Below are positions 51,577 through 60,695 of a DNA stretch of 64,000 nt, one piece after another; the stretch's first letter is position 1; each line of letters starts with the position of its first letter. Origin of the DNA: an uncultured Thermoplasmata archaeon (lineage in GTDB: Archaea > Thermoplasmatota > Thermoplasmata > UBA10834); the NCBI GenBank assembly GCA_963748615.1, contig CAVVJQ010000003.1, positions 304,599-368,598 of the forward strand. Direction: 5' to 3'. The position numbers and the translations under genes were made by a program. Under the pieces are notes generated by a model. That model searched no databases, was not told where the DNA came from, and saw nothing but the letters and a program-made list of their open reading frames with translations.

Positions 51577-53187
51577 ATGAAGTGTATTATTGTCACGGGC
51601 GGAGTTTTGTCAGGCCTCGGAAAAGGCATCACATCGTCGTCCATCGGATGCGTTCTGAGAGCACGTGGTGTCAATGTCACGGCTATGAAGATCGACCCAT
51701 ACCTCAACTCCGATGCGGGGACACTCAACCCGTTCGAACATGGAGAGGTCTTCGTCCTTGATGATGGGGGAGAGGCCGACCTCGACCTCGGCAATTATGA
51801 ACGTTTCATGGATGCCAGCCTCACCAGCGACCATGTCATGACCACGGGAAAGGTCTATGGCAATGTCATCGAGAAGGAGAGGGATGGGCACTTCCTGGGA
51901 AAGACCGTGCAGATAATCCCGCACATAACGAACGAGATCAAATCGATGATATCCAATGTCGGGATCAAATCCGGTGCCGACGTGGTCATAGTCGAGCTCG
52001 GTGGCACGGTCGGTGACATCGAATCCATGCCGTTCCTGGAGGCCATGAGACAGATGCACTCCGAGATGGGCCATGAGCACATTCTGTTCGTACATACCAC
52101 CCTCGTTCCGGCTTTGGGAGCGTTGAAGGAGCAGAAGACGAAGCCGACCCAGCACTCAGTCAGAGAGCTAAGAGGACTTGGGATACAGCCCGATGTGATC
52201 GTCGCGAGATGCGAACGGCCGCTCGAGGACAGCGCGAGGAAGAAGATAGCACTCTTCTGCGACGTCCCCTTGGAAGCTGTCGTGAGCGCCCCCGATGCGA
52301 AATCGATCTACCAAGTCCCGATATTCCTGGAGGAACAGGGGCTCCCAGATTATCTGATGAAGCGGATGAACATCAACGTTCCCAAGGACGGATTGAAAGA
52401 CTGGAAGAAGTTCCTGAACAAGGTCATGAACCCCAAGCACGAGGTCAAGATCGCGCTCGTGGGGAAGTACATGGACCAATACGATTCGTACATGAGCCAT
52501 TATGAGGCTTTGGCGCATGCGGGGGCGGAACTAGACACCAAAGTCACTTTCATCAGACTTGAAGCAGAGGCTATCGAGAAGGACAACCCCAAGAAGCTTC
52601 TGGAAGATGCAGATGGCATTCTCATACCGGGGGGGTTCGGCTCGAGAGGCGCCGAGGGCAAGATGGAGGCGATCAAGCACGCCAGGACGAACAACGTCCC
52701 GTTCCTGGGGGTATGCCTCGGATTCCAGCTAGCCACGGTCGAGTTCTCGAGGAACGTCCTTCAGATGCACGATGCAAACAGCACTGAGTTCGACTCACAC
52801 ACATCACATCCAGTGATAGACATCCTACCCGAGCAGAAGAATGTGACGAGGAAGGGCGCGACCATGCGATTGGGAGCGCAGGCGGTCGTGATAGAGAAGG
52901 GATCGAACGCCGAGAAACTCTATGGATCGAACGAGATCTCGGAGAGACACAGGCACAGGTACGAGGTCAACCCGCACTACATCGACAGGATACAGGAGAG
53001 CGGGCTCAAGTACACTGGAAGGTCGCCCGATGGCAAGAGGATGGAGATTTTCGAGCTCGAAGGGCATCCGTTCTTCATGGGATCCCAGTTCCACCCAGAG
53101 TTCAAGTCGAGACCTCAGAAACCGGCGCATATGCATTTCGGCCTGGTCAAAGCCGCTCTGGAGTTCTCGAAGAAGAGGAAGAAGTAG
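51577..53187 (+). CDS. pyrG: CTP synthase
   Basis: N-terminal synthase domain (IIVTGGVLSGLGKGI). C-terminal glutamine amidotransferase with GVCLGFQ and catalytic His/Glu. Confidence 0.95.
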   Translation: MKCIIVTGGVLSGLGKGITSSSIGCVLRARGVNVTAMKIDPYLNSDAGTLNPFEHGEVFVLDDGGEADLDLGNYERFMDASLTSDHVMTTGKVYGNVIEKERDGHFLGKTVQIIPHITNEIKSMISNVGIKSGADVVIVELGGTVGDIESMPFLEAMRQMHSEMGHEHILFVHTTLVPALGALKEQKTKPTQHSVRELRGLGIQPDVIVARCERPLEDSARKKIALFCDVPLEAVVSAPDAKSIYQVPIFLEEQGLPDYLMKRMNINVPKDGLKDWKKFLNKVMNPKHEVKIALVGKYMDQYDSYMSHYEALAHAGAELDTKVTFIRLEAEAIEKDNPKKLLEDADGILIPGGFGSRGAEGKMEAIKHARTNNVPFLGVCLGFQLATVEFSRNVLQMHDANSTEFDSHTSHPVIDILPEQKNVTRKGATMRLGAQAVVIEKGSNAEKLYGSNEISERHRHRYEVNPHYIDRIQESGLKYTGRSPDGKRMEIFELEGHPFFMGSQFHPEFKSRPQKPAHMHFGLVKAALEFSKKRKK

Positions 53188-53209
53188 ATCGGCACCCAGT
53201 CACGTTATC

Positions 53210-56200
53210 TCACTTCTCTGGGGGTCGAGCCTTCGGAAGCATGATCTTGAAGACCGTGCCATTCGAGAAATCGCCAGGGACCCTGTCCTCGACCCATATC
53301 CTGCCCTGGAACTTCTCCACGATGGTACTAACGATTGATAGACCGAGCCCGAAACCTTTCACGCCGGTACTGCCAGTGGCGAACCTTTCGAACACGGTCT
53401 TCTTGCGTTCATCTGGGATCCCACGGCCCCGGTCGATGACCGATATCACCCAGAAGGCCCCCTGAGCATCGGTCGCATCCGAGACCATGACATCGACATG
53501 GATCGATTTCGCACTGTCGAACTTGACAGCGTTAGATATGATGTTCTGGAACAGGTCGGTGATATATTGATTCGCCATCACGTAGTGCGCGCCCTTCGGA
53601 ACCGATGACGCCACCGTCACTGCCCTGTCGGGGAACGACTTGTTCAAAACCTCCACTGCGCTGGCGATCGGATTGTATATGTCCCACTGCACGAAGTCCT
53701 TGTCGGACATCGCCCGGACCTTGGATAACTTGCGTATGTTGTCAATGATGCGCGCGTTGTTCCTCACCTGCACCAACGCCTTATCAGCATATCTGCGCTG
53801 GCCATCGTCCAGGCGCTTGTCCTGGAGCAACAACTCGATATAGCCCATGATGCCCTGGTTGAAGTTGTTGATGTCATGGGTCATCAGATCGTTAAGCAAC
53901 GCAATCTCGTTGACGGCAAAAACCTGCTTCTCGAACAACCTGGAGTTCTCGACAGCGATCGACGCGATCCCTGACAATATCTCGAGGAACTCGATCTGCT
54001 CCTTTGTGGGAACCTTCATATCGACCGGTTCGTCCACAAGCATATATCCGATGAGCCGACCACTTCGATCCTTCAGAGCGAGCATCAGGATATCTCTCTC
54101 ATGCCAGGCGTCTTCTGATTCGCGAGGTTTCGATGCGAGTTCGGGATGCGCGATGAAGTCGAACTTCTCTATACCATAATCCTGCTTCTCGTATGGGACA
54201 TAATAACTAGTCTCGGCCACGCGGAACTCGTCCCTCATGTCCTCGAGGACATCCTCTGCAGGCATGTGCTCGCCCACCGACACCCATTCAGGGTATCCGG
54301 CCAACGCGCAGTTCACGAACACATTCTTCTCAGGCTCGAGCAGGGACACGGACGCGCGCTTGAATCCGAACGACCGAACGGTCGCATTCGCAAGTCTCCG
54401 CAGGAGGGTGTCGAGGCTGTCCATGTACATCACGGATGTCGTCAGTTCGAGTACGCTGGACATCTGTTCGATCTTCTTCTTGCTCTCACCCAGAAGGGTC
54501 TCTTCCGTCTTGTATAGTTCAGCGTTCTCCACCGCGACCGTGGCTTGGTTGGCGAACAACTGAGCAATCTCGAATTCGGATGATGTGAAAACCTTGCCAC
54601 CCTGTCGATACACTGTGAGCACGCCAATCACACGTTCACGGCCCTTAAGCGGAATGGCCATGATGGCCTCCTCATCCAATGGCGTGCCCTCGACCTGGAC
54701 TGCGCGGGAATCTGAGATTGCGTCATTGATAACCTCGGCCTTGCCCGTCTGAGCGACTTGGCCTGTGACTCCAACTCCGATCGGGAATATATCCGACATC
54801 ACCTCGTCCGTATACGGCCCTATCGCGAGAACGGGCACGACCATCTCCCCACTTGCATCTAGTCGATAGAATGTGAGGGCATCGTACCAGATGACCTCGC
54901 GGAGTTTCTCCGCGACGTATTCGTATATCCCGCTCGAATCGATCTGTCTCTGCATGAGGAAGGCGGTCTCGAGGAGCGCTAGCTGAGACCGCACCCTCTG
55001 GTTCAGGGATGTCAGCAGGTTGGAGTTCTCAAGGGCGATTGCGGCATGATCCGCGAGCGACGACAAGAAAAGCGCGTCGCTCTTCGTGAATTTGGCACCG
55101 TCCATCTTGTTGTATACGTTTATCACGCCGATGCCTTTGCCCTCGATTATCAGAGGTGCCGATACGATAGATTTGATATTGAACAGCTGCCCATCCCTCT
55201 GACTTGCGTCCGGATCGAGCAGATAATTGTTCACGACTTCGGTCTTGAGACGAGAAATGGCTCGTCCAGTGACTCCCCGAGCGGAATTGAATTCGAGCTG
55301 GTCCAGCAATGACTTCTCGACATTGCATGATGCCATCCATCGCAAGTGCCCTGATCCCTCGTCTTTCAGACCGACCAGAGCCTTCTCGCCCTTAAGCAAG
55401 GCTGCGGCGTCCTTTGCAACCTGGTCCAGGATCACTGCGGGCTCCCTCCTGAAGGAGATCTGTTTGCTGATCCTGTCCAGGATGGTAAGAGCCTGCTCCC
55501 GTTCCTTGGATTCCGTGAATGTCCGAGCGTTGATTATGGCGGTGGCGAGGATATCGGCGAGCATCTCGAGCAATGTGACATCGTTCCTGGTGAACGCATC
55601 CTTGGTGTCGCTCTGGATGTCCAATACACCTATGAGATCGCCTCTAAAGACTATAGGGATTGCCAGCTCGGATTTTGTCGCGCTGATATCCTTACTCACG
55701 TAGCGTGGGTCTGCATCGACGTCCCCAGTCACCAGCGTCTCTCCGAAGAAAGCGGCATGACCGATTATGCCCTCCTTGAGCTTGATTGTGATATCCCGGT
55801 GGACCTGTCGGACCTTGGAGCCATCGCCCGCATTGAAGTGCAGTTCACCTCGATCCTTGTCCATCATCATGACCACGACATGTTGGTACCCGAAGCCGCT
55901 CGCAATAGACTTGGCGAACTCCTTCATCAGGTCGTGTGGGTCCATGATCGATGTCACCACTCGGCTGATCTTGTTGATGGTCGTAAGCTGGTTGACCCGT
56001 TTTGCAAGCTCGGCGGTCCTGGCCTCCATCTTCTTCTCGAGCTGATATTTGTACTTCTCGAGCTCGACCTTCTCGGACCGTTCCCTCGTGATGTCCCTGA
56101 ACAGACCGACTATGCCGATCGCAGTTCCTTCGGGTGTCTTTACGGGTTTGGTCTCGACGTGGAGGATGGAGGGTCCATTGCCATCTCGATTGATGGTCAT

Positions 56201-56818
56201 CTCTCCGGACCATCCGTGGTCCATCGAGTCCTTGAGTACTTGACGCATCATGGCCTCGGGTTCGATGTGCTCCTCCATCGTCATTATGTTGAGCTTCGAG
56301 AGTCTATCCCTGCTGTACCCTGTCACCGTCTCGAAAAACTTGTTGGAATAGACGATGCGCCCATCCGCATCTGCAACAGCGACCGCTTCTGCCATCTGGT
56401 CGAGCGATGCGGCGAGACTCCTCAGATACTGCTCCTGTTCGGTCTGCACGGTTATGTCACGTTCGAAGGAGAAATAGTATACTTCACCGGTCTCATCGTC
56501 CTCGTATCTGGTCGTAGTCAGCTCGTATACCGTCCCGTCCGGCTCCTTGGCCGTGCGAGAATGCGGAAAATTGGACGGGTCCCAGTTCTGCGCAACGGGG
56601 CAGCCTTTGCACACGTCCCCGGATCCGAGCGCAGTCTCGTAACACTTCTTGCCCACAAGATCGCCGTATGAATCCCGCAGGGCCTTGCTCATGAAAACGA
56701 CTGTGCGGTCCTCGCGGACCACGGATACGCGTCCTGGATATGCTTCTAGCAGCGAAAGCCGATGCTCGAACGAACCGGATGGCTTCTCTTGCTTTAGGGT
56801 GTCTATTGAGCTTCTCAT
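53210..56818 (-). CDS. large multi-sensor histidine kinase (PAS and GAF repeats, HisKA, HATPase_c)
   Basis: H-box THDINNFNQGIMGY. ATPase G-boxes DRGRGIPDE and GFGLGLSI. At least 3 PAS and 3 GAF-like segments. Start placed at MRSSIDTLKQ, with a TATA-like element ~55 nt upstream. A longer in-frame ORF extends to 56974. Confidence 0.7.
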   Translation of the reverse strand: MRSSIDTLKQEKPSGSFEHRLSLLEAYPGRVSVVREDRTVVFMSKALRDSYGDLVGKKCYETALGSGDVCKGCPVAQNWDPSNFPHSRTAKEPDGTVYELTTTRYEDDETGEVYYFSFERDITVQTEQEQYLRSLAASLDQMAEAVAVADADGRIVYSNKFFETVTGYSRDRLSKLNIMTMEEHIEPEAMMRQVLKDSMDHGWSGEMTINRDGNGPSILHVETKPVKTPEGTAIGIVGLFRDITRERSEKVELEKYKYQLEKKMEARTAELAKRVNQLTTINKISRVVTSIMDPHDLMKEFAKSIASGFGYQHVVVMMMDKDRGELHFNAGDGSKVRQVHRDITIKLKEGIIGHAAFFGETLVTGDVDADPRYVSKDISATKSELAIPIVFRGDLIGVLDIQSDTKDAFTRNDVTLLEMLADILATAIINARTFTESKEREQALTILDRISKQISFRREPAVILDQVAKDAAALLKGEKALVGLKDEGSGHLRWMASCNVEKSLLDQLEFNSARGVTGRAISRLKTEVVNNYLLDPDASQRDGQLFNIKSIVSAPLIIEGKGIGVINVYNKMDGAKFTKSDALFLSSLADHAAIALENSNLLTSLNQRVRSQLALLETAFLMQRQIDSSGIYEYVAEKLREVIWYDALTFYRLDASGEMVVPVLAIGPYTDEVMSDIFPIGVGVTGQVAQTGKAEVINDAISDSRAVQVEGTPLDEEAIMAIPLKGRERVIGVLTVYRQGGKVFTSSEFEIAQLFANQATVAVENAELYKTEETLLGESKKKIEQMSSVLELTTSVMYMDSLDTLLRRLANATVRSFGFKRASVSLLEPEKNVFVNCALAGYPEWVSVGEHMPAEDVLEDMRDEFRVAETSYYVPYEKQDYGIEKFDFIAHPELASKPRESEDAWHERDILMLALKDRSGRLIGYMLVDEPVDMKVPTKEQIEFLEILSGIASIAVENSRLFEKQVFAVNEIALLNDLMTHDINNFNQGIMGYIELLLQDKRLDDGQRRYADKALVQVRNNARIIDNIRKLSKVRAMSDKDFVQWDIYNPIASAVEVLNKSFPDRAVTVASSVPKGAHYVMANQYITDLFQNIISNAVKFDSAKSIHVDVMVSDATDAQGAFWVISVIDRGRGIPDERKKTVFERFATGSTGVKGFGLGLSIVSTIVEKFQGRIWVEDRVPGDFSNGTVFKIMLPKARPPEK

Positions 56819-57008
56819 CGTCGTCGGTTTCACCCTACTCCGAGGCTGGCAATCCGACTCATAGTTCCCGGTCATCAATAAACGTTTCGTAGCGGGTGGT
56901 CTCCATGGAGAAGAAGGTGTTCCGCGCACCCGCTCGGGTCTGCGATTGCCAGAGATGGCCGCGATGGAATCCAATAGCTTTAACTAGCAAATCCACTATG
57001 GAACCACG

Positions 57009-57635
57009 ATGGCAGCCGACGAGAGTGTCGATTACGAAGCCCTCCTCGAAAGGGCAAAGAAGAAGTTGCCCCAGAAAGTGGAATCACACGAGAGGTTCAA
57101 GATACCCGAGCCAGATGTGATGATCGAGGGCAAGACGACAGCCATCAGGAACTTCGCTGATATCGTCGGTACCCTGAGACGGGAACCCGATCACCTCCTA
57201 GGATATCTGCTGAGAGAACTCGGGACGGCAGGAACGATGGAGGGAACGAGGGCCGTCTTCAAGGGTAAGGTCGCCACATCGCAGATCATCGACAGGATCG
57301 ACAATTACGTTTCAGAATATGTTTTATGTTCGGAGTGCGAGAGCCCTGACACGAACATGGTCAAGGACGGCAGGGTGCTCATACTCACCTGTGAGACCTG
57401 TGGCGCCCACAGACCAGTGCATGTGAGAAAGCACATGAAGGCCGAGGAAGTGAAGGAGATAGAGGCCGGAAAGGTGTACGACCTCCTCATAAAAGATGTC
57501 GGCAAGAAGGGAGATGGGATCGCCCGCAAGGGAGAGTTCATCATCTACGTTCCAGGCACTGCAAAGGGTGTTCAGGTCAAGGTCAAGATCGAGAAGGTGT
57601 CCGGAACGGTGGCCTTTGGAACGCTCGTCAGGTAG
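57009..57635 (+). CDS. translation initiation factor aIF2 beta subunit fused to a C-terminal TRAM domain
   Basis: aIF2beta core with zinc ribbon CSECESPD...CETCG (~residues 1-140). It is followed by a ~65-aa segment matching the TRAM beta-barrel (KVYDLLIKDVGKKGDGIARKGEFIIYVPGTAKGVQVKVKIEKV). Confidence 0.8.
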   Translation: MAADESVDYEALLERAKKKLPQKVESHERFKIPEPDVMIEGKTTAIRNFADIVGTLRREPDHLLGYLLRELGTAGTMEGTRAVFKGKVATSQIIDRIDNYVSEYVLCSECESPDTNMVKDGRVLILTCETCGAHRPVHVRKHMKAEEVKEIEAGKVYDLLIKDVGKKGDGIARKGEFIIYVPGTAKGVQVKVKIEKVSGTVAFGTLVR

Positions 57636-57644
57636 GACACGGCG

Positions 57645-58547
57645 TCACGGGATCGTTATCTTGCCTCTCACGGTAGGCCTTACGGATCCGCCGACATCCA
57701 CTTTCTTGATGGTAGATCCACGCTTCTCTATCCGGACATGAATCCTGGATGGTCGCCCCATGAAATGCCCTTGCTCGATTATCACTTCACCCATTCTATC
57801 CCTGGGTATGAAATCGTTGTCCGCGATGTATGAGGCGAGCGCACCTGCGGGCATGCCAGATGCGGGATCTTCATGACACGACGGTGTCGGGAGGAAGCAC
57901 CTCGCATGGACAGTCGTGGAAGAATCGAAGCCACCCCACACATAGACCGCGACCGCGCCTACCTCGAGGTCCTTGCATAGGCTGACGAGTTCGTTCGGTC
58001 GCGGGTTTAGCTTTTCGATCACTTCGAGGGACCGCACCGCGACCAGCAGACAAGGCAACCCAGTCGACGCCCTGCTCATTGGGAACTCCTTGTGGAATAT
58101 CGATTCCGCACCGATGCCCAGCGCGCTGGCCACCTCGGTCACTTCATCAACCTTGGAGAACATTGGCCTCTTCTGAGTCATCCAGACACTCTTGGTCCCC
58201 TCAGAGTTGAGCTCCACATAGAAAGGGAGTATGCCCACGGAGGTCTCGGCTCTGTGTCTGCTCCCGAAGGTTGTCCCGAAAGCATCTTGGTCGGCCATAG
58301 CCCACAGCGCGCCGATCGTCGAGTGCCCGCTTATCGGGACCTCTGAGTCAGCATCGAAGAATCTCAGTTTGACATCCGCCTTCTTCGACCTCATGACGAA
58401 GACCGTCTCTGGTGATCCGAGCTCGTATGCTATGCCCTGCATCACGATCTCGTCGAGCGTGTCCGCGCCGAACACGACCCAGGTAGGATTGCCACTGAAC
58501 CGGCTCTCGGCGAACACGTCCAATTTGAGCACTTCCAGCTCAGTCAC
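57645..58547 (-). CDS. PhzF-family isomerase-like protein
   Basis: 300-aa protein with the duplicated DAP-epimerase-like fold and conserved N-terminal FGADTLDE. Confidence 0.75.
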   Translation of the reverse strand: MTELEVLKLDVFAESRFSGNPTWVVFGADTLDEIVMQGIAYELGSPETVFVMRSKKADVKLRFFDADSEVPISGHSTIGALWAMADQDAFGTTFGSRHRAETSVGILPFYVELNSEGTKSVWMTQKRPMFSKVDEVTEVASALGIGAESIFHKEFPMSRASTGLPCLLVAVRSLEVIEKLNPRPNELVSLCKDLEVGAVAVYVWGGFDSSTTVHARCFLPTPSCHEDPASGMPAGALASYIADNDFIPRDRMGEVIIEQGHFMGRPSRIHVRIEKRGSTIKKVDVGGSVRPTVRGKITIP

Positions 58548-58632
58548 GGATATTGCTAGGGCTTTTGGCTATATTGATGTTTTTCCCACCAGACGCAAAA
58601 GTATTTCTAAAGCGCTGCGGAATAGCGTGACG

Positions 58633-59559
58633 ATGGACGACACCAACAGGGCAGTTCTGATCATGGCTGCGATATTCGTGTTCTCGCAGTTGGGAGCGCT
58701 TGTACTCGTTGCGTCCGCACTTGGAGAGGAGAACCAGGCGTTCGAGGACCCGAACGACCCGATGATACCTGTCTATTATGTGATAGCAATCGTGATGTTC
58801 ACATTCCTTGTATTATACATAATAAAGAAGAAGCGGGACGACGTCGTGAGGATCATATTCATCGGCGCGGTATCGTTCACGATATTCTATGTGATCCTGA
58901 CAGTCGCGATACTCTTCGACGAGGGATTGTTGGCGCTGATGACCTCGATCGCGCTCACAGCCATCCTCGTATATCTGCTCGTGAAGAAGCCAGAATGGTA
59001 CGTCGTCGACGCGACAGGAATACTAGTCGCGATTGGCGTCATCGGGATACTGGGCGTATCCCTCAACATCCTGCCAGTTCTGATATTACTCATAATCCTC
59101 GCCGTATATGATGCGATATCTGTCTACGGCACGAAGCACATGGTCGACTTGGCGGATGGCGTGACCAAGATGCACCTGCCCATCCTGCTGGTCATACCGA
59201 AGAGAAGAGGGTTCTCATATCTCCGCCAGAAGTCTTTGAAGGCTCAGCTCGACGAGGGAGAGGAGAGGGAGGCCATGTACATGGGCCTGGGAGACATCAT
59301 AATCCCAGGAGTGCTCGTGGCTTCGGCGTTCTATTTCCTACCATCCGAGATCCTGGGAGGAATGGAGGGCAACCTCCTGGTCGCCCTAGGAACCATAGTC
59401 GGCGCAACCATCGGATTCTTGGTGCTCATGAGGTACGTGCTCAAAGGGAACCCTCAGGCAGGGCTACCGTTGTTGAACGGCGGCGCTGTCGCCGGATACG
59501 CGATAGCCTATCTGATAGTATTCCAGGAATTCTCCCTGGGGATCTCATTGCCATGGTGA
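58633..59559 (+). CDS. presenilin/signal-peptide-peptidase homologue (A22 family intramembrane aspartyl protease, PSH-like)
   Basis: Nine predicted TM helices. Catalytic YD (LAVYDAISV) and GxGD (MGLGDIIIP) motifs. PAL-like AGLPLL near the C-terminus. The upstream part of the listed ORF overlaps the PhzF gene and is excluded. Confidence 0.75.
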   Translation: MDDTNRAVLIMAAIFVFSQLGALVLVASALGEENQAFEDPNDPMIPVYYVIAIVMFTFLVLYIIKKKRDDVVRIIFIGAVSFTIFYVILTVAILFDEGLLALMTSIALTAILVYLLVKKPEWYVVDATGILVAIGVIGILGVSLNILPVLILLIILAVYDAISVYGTKHMVDLADGVTKMHLPILLVIPKRRGFSYLRQKSLKAQLDEGEEREAMYMGLGDIIIPGVLVASAFYFLPSEILGGMEGNLLVALGTIVGATIGFLVLMRYVLKGNPQAGLPLLNGGAVAGYAIAYLIVFQEFSLGISLPW

Positions 59560-59563
59560 TCAG

Positions 59564-60199
59564 ATGAAAGAATTGAAACTGCTGATATGCGCCGACCTTC
59601 ACGCATCGGAAGATGCGATCAAGCTGCTAGGTAAGGTGGCCAGCGAAGACACGTTCGATGCGGTAGTGGTGTGCGGCGACCTCACGACATATGGCTCCGA
59701 GAAGTATGTGAAGAAGGTCATTGACACTTTCGGAGACAAGCTCCTGGCAGTTCCAGGCAACTGCGACACCGCGGACATGCTTAAGTTGCTGGAACAATCG
59801 GGATGCAGCCTGCACGGCGCATCGTCCGAGATAGATGGTAGAGTGTTCTATGGCTGCGGTGGAGGGCTCCCCTCGCCCGCGTCAATGCCATTCGAGCTGG
59901 ATGAACAGGAGATAGTGCGAATATTGAACGATGTCGCGGTCAAGGGAGGCGTCATGGTGACCCATACGCCACCCCATGGCATGAACGACATCGACAGGTC
60001 TGGAAGGAACGCTGGATCGCAGGGGATCATGGGAGTGATCGAGAAGCACAGGCCGAGGATGGTCCTCTCGGGACACATCCATGAGTCGAGAGGGTGCAAG
60101 AAGAAGGACGGCACGGTATTCGTGAACCCGGGACCAGCTAGGGGAGGGCACTATGCTATCGTCAGGATAGGGGACGACGTCCTGGTCGACCTATTCTGA
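59564..60199 (+). CDS. metallophosphoesterase (calcineurin-like)
   Basis: Motifs CADLH, GDLTTYG, GNCD, GHIHES. Confidence 0.8.
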   Translation: MKELKLLICADLHASEDAIKLLGKVASEDTFDAVVVCGDLTTYGSEKYVKKVIDTFGDKLLAVPGNCDTADMLKLLEQSGCSLHGASSEIDGRVFYGCGGGLPSPASMPFELDEQEIVRILNDVAVKGGVMVTHTPPHGMNDIDRSGRNAGSQGIMGVIEKHRPRMVLSGHIHESRGCKKKDGTVFVNPGPARGGHYAIVRIGDDVLVDLF

Positions 60200-60264
60200 G
60201 CCTTCGGTGAGTCACAAAAGCTTTTAATACCCTTCCCACTTTCACATCTCGCGAGAGGTTTCAG

Positions 60265-60651
60265 ATGGCCATTTGGCAAGGAAGACCAAAGAGGAAGTCT
60301 TCGGGCGGAAGGATCACACCGGCCAGGAAGAAGAGGAGATTCGAGATCGGCCGAGAGAAGCAGTTCACCCGCCTGGGCCCCAGGAAGGTCAAGATGTACA
60401 GGACGAAAGGGGCAAACTCGAAGGCAAGACTCCTGCTGGCCGATACAGTAAATGTCGTGGATCCTAAAACGAATACCGTCAAGAAGGTCGTTATCCAGAC
60501 AGTCAAGAGCAACCCCTCGAACCCGAACTATGTCCAGCGTAACATCATGACGAAGGGCGCGACGATCATGACTGAGCTGGGCGAGGCTGTCATCACATCC
60601 AGATGCGGTCAGGACGGCGTCGTGAACGCCACCTTGATCAAACCGGAATGA
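60265..60651 (+). CDS. rps8e: 30S ribosomal protein S8e
   Basis: MAIWQGRPKRKSSGGRI... is the S8e N-terminus. 128 aa. Confidence 0.85.
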   Translation: MAIWQGRPKRKSSGGRITPARKKRRFEIGREKQFTRLGPRKVKMYRTKGANSKARLLLADTVNVVDPKTNTVKKVVIQTVKSNPSNPNYVQRNIMTKGATIMTELGEAVITSRCGQDGVVNATLIKPE

Positions 60652-60695
60652 TCGGCGACCAGGTTCGGAGCTCGTTTTTCCGATTCTCTGCTTGA

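Noticed and set aside
55757-56671. 304-aa plus-strand ORF within the large histidine kinase gene
   Set aside because: It is an antisense shadow of the kinase. The His/Leu/Arg-rich product has no motifs.
58231-58632. N-terminal 134 codons of the listed presenilin-like ORF
   Set aside because: This part overlaps the convergent PhzF gene across its well-conserved region. The conserved A22 protease core begins at the internal Met.
60151-60695. The 3' 180 codons of the listed 657-aa minus-strand ORF (PmbA extension)
   Set aside because: The sequence after ...NLWKN loses all PmbA homology and is antisense to the S8e and phosphoesterase genes. The family C-terminus is found in the +1 frame and terminates at 60696. 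It is treated as frameshift read-through, not real protein.
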